A stretch of 64,000 nt of DNA, taken from contig NW_002060946.1 in the NCBI RefSeq assembly GCF_000150275.1, positions 6,863,855 through 6,927,854 on the forward strand, in the 5' to 3' direction. Below, one piece after another: positions 32,439 through 46,312 of this stretch. A model generated the notes under the pieces. That model saw only the letters and a program-made list of their open reading frames with translations, ran no database searches and was not told the origin of the DNA. This DNA comes from Trichoplax adhaerens. Taxonomy: Eukaryota; Animalia; Placozoa. The number at the start of each line of letters is the position of its first letter. Within the stretch, counting starts at the first letter, position 1. The translations under genes were made by a program, and so were the position numbers.

Positions 32439-35400
32439 TTTTTTTCATGACTTGATGTTTTGCGATAATGATATCATAACTTACCATCATGTTAACATTA
32501 CAACTAGATGTTCTTCTCATCAACAAAAATAAAATAAGAATAAACACTTACCCTTGATTGTCGACAAATGACTTGAAAAATTGGCTTAATTGATGCTTAA
32601 CATGTGCATTTATTTTGATACGGATCGTATACAAATGGCTGTACTTTTGAGTAGACGCCTGCTTCTTGTTGCTCTATTTTAAAGCATGTTCCCAATCTCT
32701 CTGATTCAATGTTTCAACTCTTAGCCCGTTACCCTTTCTTTTTTATCGCACAATCGCTTCCATTTTTTTTTGTAGGATATCCAGTAAACTTTGTGGAGTA
32801 GAATAGAGTTTACAAGCTTACGGTAGAATGATGAACGCGTATGTAGAAAACTTTAACCCACCTAGTTGCTATCAGGACTTGAATCATCAACAGTTTCGAC
32901 TCGTATTTGAAGTTGAGAAAAGAATTCACTGTCCCAACTCTTCTATTTGAGAATGAACGACATAGTTTAATGATGGGACTACAACAATGTTAACATCTTA
33001 ATCAACGTTATGCGTACGGCTATCCGTTGTGCCGACCGATAGCACAGTCATGAAAAGGCCGTGCCACAGGATCCAACTCACTTTTCACGTAGTGTTTCCC
33101 GTTGGCATATTTCATTATTTAAAAGAATTTGGATTAATCTAATCCAATTGCTATGATACAAGGCTATAAACTATAGATTCGTATTTTTAATCAAGAAGGG
33201 ATGATTAACTATCTAAGCTAGGTGGAAATTATACTAGAACATACTCATAGATATGACTGCAAGGTACTTGCTTTTACTGTACTTATGATGCTTTACAAAA
33301 CAGGCTTTTGTATCTTTTCTCTTCTACAACTGCATTTCCTTAAGTCTATAAACTTGATACAGCGATGTCATTTGCAACCCAAAAGTATAAACAGTCATGC
33401 AATCGTTGCTCGCTTCGACTCGCTAATTTTCCTGTATTAGTTTTGCTTAGATAAACCGTAGAACAAATGGACGACCTTTTAATTAAAATTTCTTTCCAAG
33501 CTCCCATTTTTGGTGTACCTCTGCACATTCATCGGCAATTGCAGACGTTAGCATCGTCTATTTCACAACATGGGAAATTCATGATTATATATGGAGGTCA
33601 GACTGATGATGAACAATAAGGCAATAGAATAGAGATCATCAATCTCGTTATTTTTTTGAAGAGAAGATGAAGAGTAAGTTTTTACGCCGATTAAAGTATC
33701 AGATTGCAACTAAATCAACTTTCAACTTCGTAAACACATACGTTCCCATCCGTATACTGTAAGAAAAGCTTACTTAACATTCCCCATTAATATTGGATCG
33801 CTACAGGGATATACAGTACTTTGAATAAAAAAATTGACCGAAAGATGATGGAAGTTAAGATCGTTTGACTATGCGATATGTTTGAGATTTTTCAGTTTTC
33901 TTATTTTGTGTACGCTATATTTGCCACAATTTATTTGCCTACTTCCAAGTTCTTCTTAAGCTCAAATTTTATGGAAGAAATAACTAATTGAGGATTACTA
34001 CATATTATTGTAGTCGATGCATAGAATTTTGTGTTCGACTAGAGGCGAGAATCATATCCTTTCTCTTAAATCATTTTTTTGTGTTGGTAAAAGTTTATAT
34101 ATTCAACCACGAACGATCGGCTATTTTAACATTTCCCATGTCGCGCTAGTTTGATATACAGTACAGTAGGCTATTTATGTAATTGTTCAAATAGACGCGC
34201 ATTATTACTGATGTGTTAAAGATTTGCATGGGTTTTAGCAGTAATTTGTTAGTCAGACACAAATAGTTCTGTTTTCCTTCCTGATCATTAATTTAGCAAG
34301 TGCTTCAACTTTTGATATGAAACAACTGTATGCTTCTAGTTATTGCTTGTTAATACTGCATAATTCTCAAATAAATGAAGTATACGCTAAAATACAATTG
34401 TTTCTATATCTTTTAATTAATTATTATACTTAGCTAATGTCGATGATTACTTGGATCACTTGATCAATATCACTTCTAGTACTGTATAATTATACTTGGA
34501 GTAGACGGCTAAGTTAAATCGCTGAACTTTTCTCTCGAATAATAATCTTTTCCTTAATAATATGTCATTTTAATCTTTTGTCATTAGTAAAGTACGCGTA
34601 GAGTACAGTATATTGATAGTGGGGTCTTCGAGGTTTGCGAACGCTTGGTAAAATCGCGGCCAATTTTAGACTAGGAATAGCAATAACTATTTAGGGGAAG
34701 AATGAATTATTTGCAATGTACTACAGCGTAACTACCTAATCGCAAGGATATGATATACGTAGTACTGTCTACCGTATACGATAGAGTAGTCATCAGTCGA
34801 CGATGATGACTTTGAAAATGCAAGCTTGTAAAACAGCGGTAAAGTCAATAATAATAAATGCTGTCTTCAACACCAACGCAAAATGGATGTCAATAATCGT
34901 AATAATAGCTTCTACCAGTTTTATCATATTCAACTATACTAACTATGATGTAGTATACGGAGAATATCATACAAACTAAAAATGAAATTTTAACGGAAAA
35001 ATTAGTACTGTACTGCTTTCGATATGTTGGGCGGTCGGGCAAATAATTGAATATCATCATGCTTTTATGCTTTTTAACTTGCTATCCAGTCCAGTTTGCA
35101 ACATACTGTATTGATAATAATGATATATTTCCACTTTGTTCTTTTACTCTATGGATACGTTTGGATACACGTGTTGCAAAATGACCTATCATGAATTTTT
35201 GATGTTATAATATGTTGTCCAATCTTTGACTACAGTCCCTAGAGAAGTTTAGAACAACTCGTCAATATACTACACATTGGCATCGTTCTATCATGAGTCA
35301 TAGTAATGAATAAGACAAACTTTCAAATGACCTCCTGCAGAGCTAACATTCATATCGTTATTACCAATGAAAAATAGAATAGATCAAACCATCTGCTATT

Positions 35401-36904
35401 TAAATAATTACATTCGCCTTTGGCGGTTGGTCATAATGAGTTGATTCTGGTGTAACGTAATTTTTCTATTTCCATTTTACAGCTTATAAGTGCAATAATT
35501 ACTCTTATCGTGATAATACAATGAATATGGAAAAAATTTCAACCAAATCGCCATCATTAAAAATGAAATTGACAGTACAAGTGTTTTCAACCAACTTGAT
35601 AATATTAATAATCAATTGTTAACTTGATAATGTTATTCAACTAATTGCTTTTCTATCAATTGAAATACACTACCTACTATATAACAAATGAAAATCATTT
35701 TAGAGATGTAAATTACATCGTGATAGATTGGTTTTATAATGTCAATTATAGTTATTCCATTGGCTTAATGATAACATTACTTGGCGTTTATATATAAGCT
35801 TTACTAGGAAGAATTGAAATTTCACTTTCTATCAATTTTTACGTATAACTCGTATACTACATTTTCGTAGACTTAATCATATCTTCCTAATTGTATTGCT
35901 GAAATACGAATAACTACTGCACCATTATAACGACGTAGTGTAAGTGTACATTTACATTAATGCGGTAAACGGTGGAAAGGTCAACAATTAATTAACTATA
36001 CTATAAGAAAATGAATTTGGCCCAGTAGATTAACAATACAGCATGAATTCTCTAAGCTTTGATTTTTTTTTTGGTTATTGCAAGCGACAATGAATGCAGT
36101 TGAAGGCTGCTTTCCGTCGAATTTCATTATAAGTATTGCTTTTAGCTGGATGCTGCCTACCAAATACACTATAGTATACGTATAATAACGACAGTAGAAA
36201 TAACAGGACATGTTACTACCAAGCCAGTGAATGATACAACTTCTCTATTTTACTTAAAAAATTTGGTCTGCTTGGAGGTTCTATAGTATGCTTCTTGTCC
36301 ATGGTGATACTATTTATAGAGGATAGTTATTTCTACTTTTTGCATCATATCCGCTAATGTCATGGCTGATATGGAGCTTTATTTTCAATTACTGTACCAT
36401 AAAATTTTTCATCTATTAACCACAAGGAAGAATTGTTATAGTTTATACGTACAATGTAAATATATAACGGTCGGGATTCGCTATCATTTTAATATTGAAT
36501 TCCAAATGAGGTACCACTCATCTATAACATATGTTCTAAAGATTGAATTTTATAAATACTGTCGAGCTAGTTTTTAAAATAAGCAACACTACACACATTG
36601 CAATAAAATGAATTAATTGAAATGTTGAAATAGGTTACTACCAAAATATAATTATCTTCGAAGTAGCGATTTGCCTTAATGGATGAGTACATTTGTAACC
36701 TTTGTAGTACTTGCATTACATTGATATTATTTATCTAGCGTGAATCTCTCTAACCGATTATAGGCTGTAGCTATATGATATATCGTTTATATGCTATTCT
36801 ACTTTTAACCGAGTAATTAGGCAATTATGTTGCATCTCTTTACAGTGGAATATTATTATGTGTTAAATAGCTAATGGTTGGCTTTTTTCATTTCACAGAT
36901 TGCA

Positions 36905-39900
36905 ATGAAGCAAATAATATTGTCCATCATTCTCCTGCACTTCTTCGTACATGGTAAGTCATATCGTAATGATTTCACTAACTTTACTGTCAAGATAATT
37001 TCTTTACAGGAATTAGAAAGAGTATTTGTCTCCTCATGGCTATATTGGATATACAAACGCTATCAGTTTATAGCTATAGATTGAATGACATATTTCTATT
37101 GATGATTCTGACGATTTGTCTCCTCATGGCTATATTGGATATACAAATGCTATCAGTTTATAGCTACAGATTAAATGACATATTTCTATTGATAATTCTG
37201 ACGATAGCTTAACAGTAGAAAAGCCAAGGCCAATTATCATACAGCTTACATTGACATCCTTTTTTTGAATAGACTCACAATATCTTTGGTAATAGTATGA
37301 ATCAGTTTATGCTTTTTTTAGCGGAGGATAGATGACTGTACTATCGATTTATAACGTATTTACAAGTTATTAACTGTAAAATTATAATATAAGTAGATGT
37401 CATTGCACTATGATTTACAGTTTTAGATTTTGTAGTAGAGAATGAGTTAATACAATCGCTCTTTTTATAAAATCAGATTCTAACAAACAATACTGCTGCT
37501 CTTCCATTTATACCTATAGAATTTACGCACAATTAGCTTAAATTTTTAAAAATTAATTTTGTCCCGGAACACGAATATTCGAGTTATATAATACACAGAA
37601 GGAATTTTTTAATAGCAGAAGTACAGTAGTTATTCGTAAGCAAAAGCCATAAAATATTAAAATATATGCTGATTACTTACTACTAGTAAAATTATTCGAA
37701 AATAATATACCATAGTTCTGGTTGGATAAAACTTCTATCATGGAAGTAAAGAATAAACATTAGTGCAGTTAACGATGAATAATTGTTATGGCTAGTGATC
37801 TAGTTGTGCACTTATAGCGAATTGTTTTCAACAGTTGTTGAGCTTGCTGTAATGTCTTTGTCTATTTCAATATTGTAATCAAAATTATAATACTTGATGA
37901 CTTTAGTAATCGCACAAGGGACGTTTAGTCGAAGGAACATTAATGTTGGCCAACGTCTTGAGATAGCTTGCCCAGCTGCCAGCTCAAATGCAGTTGGTTG
38001 GATTTCAAATAAGAATGGAGCCAATGTAACGCTTGCGACCAGAGACACCAACAACGCAGTTTCTACTCAATTTCCTTCAAATGTCCGTTACAGCGTAACT
38101 AGTTCATTTACATTGATTATTACGGATATCGAAATATCTGATGAAGCAATGTTTTGGTGTGCTCCTTCAAACTCTCAAAACTCTCCTTTAGCAGCAATCT
38201 ACGCAGTAACAGTTACAGGTTATTTATTACTCTTCATTCATCAAGAATTTTCATTCCATTAACTGATTAATTAACAATTTTATCTTCTATTTACATTGCA
38301 GTTCCATTAACAATCGATTTGCCTAGCGAGACCTCAACAGACTCTGGTGGTACGTTATCGCTTGATTGTAAGGCATCTGGTAGACCTACACCCACAACAT
38401 TTAGATGGCTAAGGAATGGTAACGTTATCAGCTCATCGAAAACCCTAACTATATTTAGTGCTAAAGTTTCTGACGCAGGTACTTATACCTGCTATGTTAA
38501 TAACTCAATTGGGATGGTCGCTCGACGAGATGTCATCGTCAGAGTTCGCTGTAAGAAAAAAATCTCAAATTTGCGCTGTTTTTGATATGGATTCAATCTA
38601 TGCTTTTGTAATAAATTTATGAGTTTATTTATGTTTGCAGATTTTCAAATGCAAGATAGAGGTACTATTATTATCGTTGCCAACTCAGGTGAGAATGTTG
38701 TACTTGGCTGCCTTGGACAGGGATATCCGCCTATTAATCGTACTTGGACAGTTGGCACACCTGTTAGCCGCTATCAGAAATTGTCCAATGGATCGTATTA
38801 TATATTGAATGTTAACCGTAGTGATGATTATCATCAAAACGGTAATAGATTCTTTACCTGTCGAGCTACAAATGGTGCACAAACCGCCATTGTAAATTAT
38901 GAATTGGATGTCCACTGTAAGCAATACTTCTACTTGAGAATTATTTATAACTTATAAATAATTTTTCAATACATATGCATGTAAAAACATTTTTAACTAC
39001 GGTCGTTATGTATTGAAATAAAATCAATTTTCTCGTTAGTCCCGGCTCGTACTAAATTTTAATTTAATTTGTTTAGATTTCAATCCGTATACAGCATTTG
39101 CTTCGTCATCATATCTCGTAAGAAATGAATCTGACATTGTAGCGCTTCCATGCGCAGCTGATTCTAATCCAAATTCTTGGGTGACCTGGTACTCAAATGG
39201 CAATATTGTAAGCAGGTTACGCAATCGTAACATTTACTCTCTAACCCTTCAGAGGAGTAGTACTGGCAGTTATGGATGTAATATTGCTTACCAAAGTCAG
39301 CGTCGCTGGAGAAATCTTACAATTGTAGTACAATGTAAGATAAAGCATTGATAAAAAATGATTCATTTCTGTCTATTTACAATAAAAGTTTGATTTAGGA
39401 TTTATTGATATACGGTGGGCGTTAATTTTAAATAATGCGATTAATTAATTCACATACTGACATTGAAAATGGTATTTACTATCGATTATTTCACTATCGT
39501 ACAGATGCCCCACAAAGTGTAAAGATTGATTCTACGAATGTTAATAAAGCAGCGATCGGTAGCGTTTCGACAATGCGTTGTGTAGCAGAAGCATTGCCAG
39601 CACCTAAATACATCTGGCAGAAAAATGGTCAACCGTATAATGGACCGGCCGATGTTGGCAATGGTTCGCTTGTTTTTACATCAGTAAAAAAAGATGACAG
39701 TGGCAACTATCGGTGTATTGCAAATAACATGCTCGGTGAAGCATCATTGACTATTTCCTTTACTGTTTATGGTACGTATCTTACCAGAACATAAAAATAT
39801 CCTTAGATTAGGCTTTAGTTCATGTTGTACAGCTGTAATAGTGAATTATGTTAATGCAAGAGTTGTAACTAAGTCGTGTGTGATCATGTTGCTTCGTTTA

Positions 39901-42900
39901 GAACTTGTTCGAATTATCTCGAGTATACCAACTCAGACTGTTGTATTACAAGAGGGTGAGAGTAGAACGTATACTTGCGCAGCGTCAGGTTCTCCGAAAC
40001 CAAATGCGTATTGGTTGAAAAATGGCGAAATTCTTCAGTTTGCTGAATCTGTGACAACGATGGTATTAGTCGCAAATAGAAGCGATAATGGTGCTCGATT
40101 CACCTGCAGAGCCTTAAATGTTAACGAAAATATAGAATTACATTTCAATTTGACTGTTTACTGTAAGTATAGGCTACTATTGCACCAATTTGAGTGCAGG
40201 TTATATGTGAATATAATTGCTCACCATTTCATTACAACAATAATATTTATGCTGCTATTAATATATTTTTCTTAGATCCTCCATATGTTTCGGTTCCTGA
40301 CTTAAAAGTTTACGTTAAGGAACAACAGAACGCTGTTTTAATATGTAATGCGACATCTAATCCATCAATAACTTCATACAGATGGTTTGGTCCGACCGGT
40401 CAGGAAATTGTTAGAAACGATAGTGTTATATTCGTGTATGGTAATCGACTTAGTATTCGAGGATTAGACAGAACTCATTCTGGAAACTACGTCTGTAGAC
40501 CGGAGAATGGTATTCGTGGAGGTTCCACTACAACTTTTGAAGTCATTGTACCATGTAAATATTGCCAGTCTATTGTAGATTACAGCTAATGGTTACTCTT
40601 AAATTTGTTTTATGCAATTTCTCAGCCTTATGTATGCACATGATGACCTTATAATTTGGATATTTCTTTGTATCTTAATCCACAGATAAACCAATTGTAT
40701 ATGTTAAGCCAAGCACTTTGACAGTATATAATACACAGAGTACTTTATTCAATTGCACAGTTGACGCTATCCCGCGTGCAACAGTGACATGGAGAAGGGT
40801 CAATGGTGAATTCAGTAGAAGAGCAACTATTAGTTCCAATTATTCGCTAATATTTAGAAATCTTAAACGAAATGATACCGGTACCTATCAGTGTGTAGCT
40901 AGAAATATTGAGGGTGAGACTGCAACAGATGGAGTGCTTACCGTAAAGAATGTTCCTGTCGATCGTAGCGGTTGGTTTTGGCTTATTTATCGTATTGAAC
41001 ATACTGTAGTTTAATATATCTACTAGAATGTTTATAGAATATTGCATGGTTCGTTATGTAATATGCAACTTGCATATTTTTTGTAGCGTTTGAAGTGATC
41101 GTTTGGCGATCTGATATCCTTGGTACTAACGTTAGTTGGACAATACCCTCTCAATTGGAAACAACTAGTTTAACGGTACAATACCAAGTATTTGGTACTA
41201 GAAAGCGTGCTGAATGGACGATTGCTCAATCAGGAATTAATCCGACATCTAATAGCATTCGTATTAGTGATCAGTTGTTGAATCAAAAATCGACGTACAA
41301 TATTAGAGTGCTGTCATATTACTACAGCGAAGAAGTTTTGACTAGCCTTACTGTCGTGTCGGACCCTCCAGGTAGGCCTAAATAAGCTATAGTATTGATT
41401 GTATAACTATAGTTACCACGGTTGTTTTTTCATTACGAACGATATTTTAGTTTTCAATGCACTAAGCTAGTTATTTATTGGCCCTGCTCGTTATTATAGG
41501 GCCCGTACCTCCCGAGAGAATAACATATGGACCTTTCAATAAAACTGTATTAATTGCAATTTGTGCTGGTGTTGGTGTTATCATCTTGTTGATACTAGTA
41601 GCTTCCTTAATTGTATATGATCGCACCCATAAAGAAACTCGTAGAGGTACGTGATGGTACAGTATTCCATTTCGTAACCCTTGTTTCATAGATTAGTTTT
41701 TACAGTTAATTTTATCATTCAATATGTTCAGATGAGATTTCCTCCAAAGAGCCTTACCTTACATCGCCAACAGCAACTATTACAAGACGCCCACAGAAGT
41801 ATATATTTTTCATGACTTTAGTAGCCATTTTATATCGATCGTGACTTATTGTAAAAAGATATTAGCAATTCTCATATACTTTAATTTCTTTACAGTTTCG
41901 AAGACCATGCTTATACGACTCCAAAAGGTTTAGAGACATTACCGTCTCCACCGGAGGGTGTATCTCATGCTGAATCTGTTGCTTCAGTAAGCAATGTTAG
42001 TATGCGCAGTGACATGAAGAGAGCTCCAAGCGCTTCAGGCTCGGAATTTGATTACAAAATGGCTAGTCGAAATTACTTTGATGATGCAGCTAGTGACAAT
42101 GCAGATCGTTACAGTGTTCGATCAGACCGAAGTTCGCGCAAACGCAGGCAGAGCCAGACCAGTAGACAATCAGGTATGTCATCACTAATTATTTACTGAT
42201 TGATGATATTATTTCAATTAAATCACTGCTATGTATTGCAAATACGAGTAGAGGCTACGTCTGTGGATGAGGAAAACATAGATTATGCAGATGGTTACGG
42301 CCGTACTCCTGCAGAGATGCTGTATTATACCCCAGATTATAAGAAAGGCTCCACTACTGGTCGGAGCAGGGTAAGATATTTAATATCTTAGTCATTTTAG
42401 TGTACTGCAGGATTGATTATCTTGTACGAGATCAATGCCACTTAAACATTCGTATGGAAGTAAAAATGAATCTTAGTTGTATAAAAGAATTAATTTTTTT
42501 CGCATTATCATTTTATATAGGAAGCAAAAGATAAGCGGTATTCTTTGCAAGCAGACGAGAAAGATGATGTTGATGCATACCGCCCATACTATACAACAGG
42601 TCGCTCTAATGAAGCTGCTAGTAAGAAATCATCCCGTCCTACTAGAGCAGAATCGGTCGGTGCTATGGAAACGACAAATAATTATGGATACAACGTTCAA
42701 GATAGGATATCTGCTGATCAAAAGAATGCTAAAGAACGTGACCAAATTTTACAAGATAAACTACGCCGTCATGATCCTGCTTATCAGAAGCGGCGCTCTA
42801 GAAGTGATGCACCTTCTGACAGCGGTATGTCTGAGACAAGTTATAATCGTAGATCGAAAAAGAACGAGCAACGACGGTCTAAAAATGTGGAAGCGAATAG

Positions 42901-43612
42901 CGATGCGGAATCGTTACCAAGTCCTACCAGGCCTTCATCGCAGTATAGTGCAAAAAAGCCTTACTATTACTTAGATGATGATCAATCAACGGTCAATACT
43001 GATGATTACTCTTCAGACATTGCTATAACCAGTAATAGACGTCATGATGATCGCTTGTCACGACCCAAATCAAGAGCACCATATGTTGAAGGTGATAATC
43101 AACCATACGATCTTGGTAAACGCTTAGCACGCTCTCGAGAAATGTTATCGAATTCTCAAGCCGATGCCAGTGTTTATAATCAGTCATCGCCGTATAATAA
43201 ATCATCTTCATCGTCTAACACTAGGTTAAATCAACGTCATGATTTTCATGACAGCTCTGAGAGCTTATCGCGCTCGAAAAAGTCTCAAAGCCGAGAAAAT
43301 ATTCACCACCTAACAGGTTCTAGAGGTAATCTAACTAAAAGCCCGTTAGAGGATGATGATGATTTCGAATATCCTCCGCCACCAAAAGATGTAAATTATC
43401 ATCGTAGTTCGGAAAATGTCGCTGGTCGGTATGCAAGTAATGAAAGTTTAGGTTCTTCACATAAACGCAGTGCCCCCAATTATAGCTTAGCTAGGTCGAA
43501 TGAAAATTTAGCCCGTTCTCGAGAGAGCCTGTCATCTAGAAATGCCGGATCACGCACACCACATAATGCAAGACACGCTCCTATGATTGCACCAATTGCC
43601 AAAGATATTTAA
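36905..43612 (+). CDS. Type I membrane IgSF adhesion receptor: 8 Ig + 1 FN3 + TM + long disordered tail (nephrin/SYG-2-like architecture)
   Basis: Signal exon 36905-36953. One Ig domain per exon at about 37907-38218, 38301-38551, 38641-38917, 39077-39334, 39505-39771, 39902-40162, 40276-40554, 40686-40971 (C..W..DxGxYxC motifs). FN3 exon 41087-41371; TM exon ~41498-41646 (VLIAICAGVGVIILLILVASLIVY); Ser/Arg/Tyr-rich tail to the stop at 43612. Gene structure is solid; orthology to nephrin rests on architecture only. Confidence 0.88.
37024..37203. repeat. 90-bp tandem duplication in intron 1 of the Ig receptor gene
   Basis: ATTTGTCTCCTCATGGCTATATTGG...ATTCTGACG at 37024-37113 and 37114-37203, with about 4 mismatches. 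Confidence 0.95.
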
Positions 43613-46312
43613 TACTTTATCTGAGACGTTATCCTATCTACTGTTGTAATATATTTATGAAAATTTATCATTCATTCTAATTATAAGATTGGTATTTGTT
43701 TTTAAGTCTATTATGCTTGGCAATGCTTTTTCATTGGTATGAATTTTTTATAAGCTGTTCTTGTCATACGTACTACCACAGGTAAACATTTTGGTAATGA
43801 TTTTGCATTGAAGGGCTTTTTATATGCGTTTCTTTAATCTATCATGTATATTGCTATGATATCATCTAAAATATAAATTCTTGGTTGATTGTGTATCAAG
43901 CTATTCGTGTCGTGTGTTGTTATTCTTGGATCTGATAAATAAATTTCTGCCAAAGTTGCAGTTGTTAAAGTATTAGATTACTAGATTTATTAACTAAACC
44001 TTGTTCGGTCATGTCTGTTATTGATTTTTTTTGTTATGTTTGTTATTTTTACTAATGTATAACCATTTATAACGTAGACTGATTGAGTAGCTATGACCTC
44101 GCTACTGTAGTGTAATTGAACTATATGACCTATTCTGGTGTTGATCTGCATATTAAATTGGTTGATGACTCTGTTAAAATTTATTTTTTAGCAATTTAAA
44201 ACTAATGCATTATTCAGTGAAGGAAAATTTTGTATCCTTATTTGTTGTTCTTGTAGCATTCGATGTATCGTTAACATAGTTATGCATGGTAAATTAGACT
44301 ATACAGATTTTATTTTAAAAATATGCAAAGCTCGTAATAATTAATCAAGCATGGGTACAGCTCTTAACTAGTTATTTACAAGTCTCAGTTAAAGTTGAAT
44401 ATAAATGACGAAATAATTATCGTGAGGGTTAGAAGGAACAGGGGCGTAGAAGTGGCTTCAAAAATACTCATCTGTTACTAATTAATCAAATACTATCATT
44501 TTAATAAATCATGATGAAATTGTTAGAATCGAAGACTAAATGCTTACAAATTGTTTACAATTTAATCTTTGGTAACAAACCCTAATCTCTGGGTAGTATT
44601 AAATTCGTTACTTTGCTCATTTGATCACGAATAAAACAGCTTAAGATGTACCGTCCGTAGTGTACAGATCAGTAAAAATATTTGTAGTGTCATATTGTGG
44701 TAACTGATTGGGCATGAATATTCATTTAATCTAATATATATCACAGATAGAAAATTAGATCATGCTGTGATTATTTGATCGTCTGTGTACTACTGCAGTT
44801 TAATAATTACAGGGTATGAGCGAATAACTTGCTCTATTTAATTTCCTGGCAGGGTTCCGAAAGAGTCTGAATCGTATTTTACCAATAATATTTTGGAAAT
44901 GAAATTACTTTAAGAATTAGCTTGATGAAGATAAGGATCGTTTTATTCTATTACAATAATAAAGTATCGGAATTGACTTGCATACAAATAGAATAGAACT
45001 TTAATTGCAGATAGATTTTTGAGTACTGATACCAATTTCGCAGCTACGATAATACGGCATATACCATTTCTATCTAGTAAATTCAAATTACGATATAGGG
45101 AAGTTCTAAAATGCATTTACTATCATTGCCGCGGTCAATTCTATCAATGTACATTAAGTAACTTTCGTACCTCACTAGAATCTTAAAAAGGGACGTTGAT
45201 ATGTGATAGACCAAATGCATATAGATCGTTTTAAATACAAGCAACTTTGAAATTTTTAATTATTTATTCTATGAGATGAACATAACAAATGACAACGATT
45301 TCGTTAGGTAGTATAGCTTTATTTTTCAATTTTTCAATAATTTATCAGCTAAGTACCGTAAGTTGTACTTGAAATTATACAGATACTACGAAAAGAATGA
45401 TATTAGAATAACAATTTAAACTCATTATCAGCAAGGATAAATTACTGTAATACAGAAATTCGAAAATTATAGTTGATGTCATCTTTCTTTAGACTTCAAT
45501 TTTCTGATAACCGTTTTTATACGACAAGTTAATCATCCTATTTCTAATGTGTTAAACAAAATATTTTTATTTCGTGTCTAGGACGAGATTATTTTGAGTT
45601 TAATATACAGTATATGAATATGATATGTACAGAGAGAAAATTTACACAGACATATACATGTATCCGTATACGTGTTTAAATCTCAAGTAAACGATTTCTT
45701 ACTAATATTTTTAAATGTAGTCAGCTCTCAAAATGATGACAGTGTAGACAAAGCACTTTTTCTAGCAAGGATATACAAATTAGTTCTCATTTTACCTACA
45801 AATAAAACTTCATTTAATAGGCAATAATGAAGTATAATATGAATTTAATTTTTACATATGCGTATCGATCAACGAATATAAATAAAAATCAATATTGCGA
45901 CTTAAAATAGCGTCAACGTTATTGAATTAATGGAGAGCAAGAATTGTAACTATTTCGAAATCTAAACTTATTCATTGTTGGCATTATTCAATATAGAACG
46001 CTTCAACTAGCTGTTATACAGGGTGTTATAAAGTCATTTAATTTAAAATATTTCGGTTTATGATTACATTGTAGATAAATTGTCTATGAATAGTTATATT
46101 AATATTAAGATACTACATGTATCAATTTTAATTTATTACTGAGTATAGCAACGTAGAAATAAAAAATCGACCGTCTATTACTTCATGGATCGACAAATTT
46201 TTTATAATATAACTTTCAAAATTTAAAACTATCGGTAGGGAATTTCATTCAATTTAAATTTTCAACGAAATTAATATTCAAAATTGATTAGATTATTTAC
46301 AAGCATTCCTGA

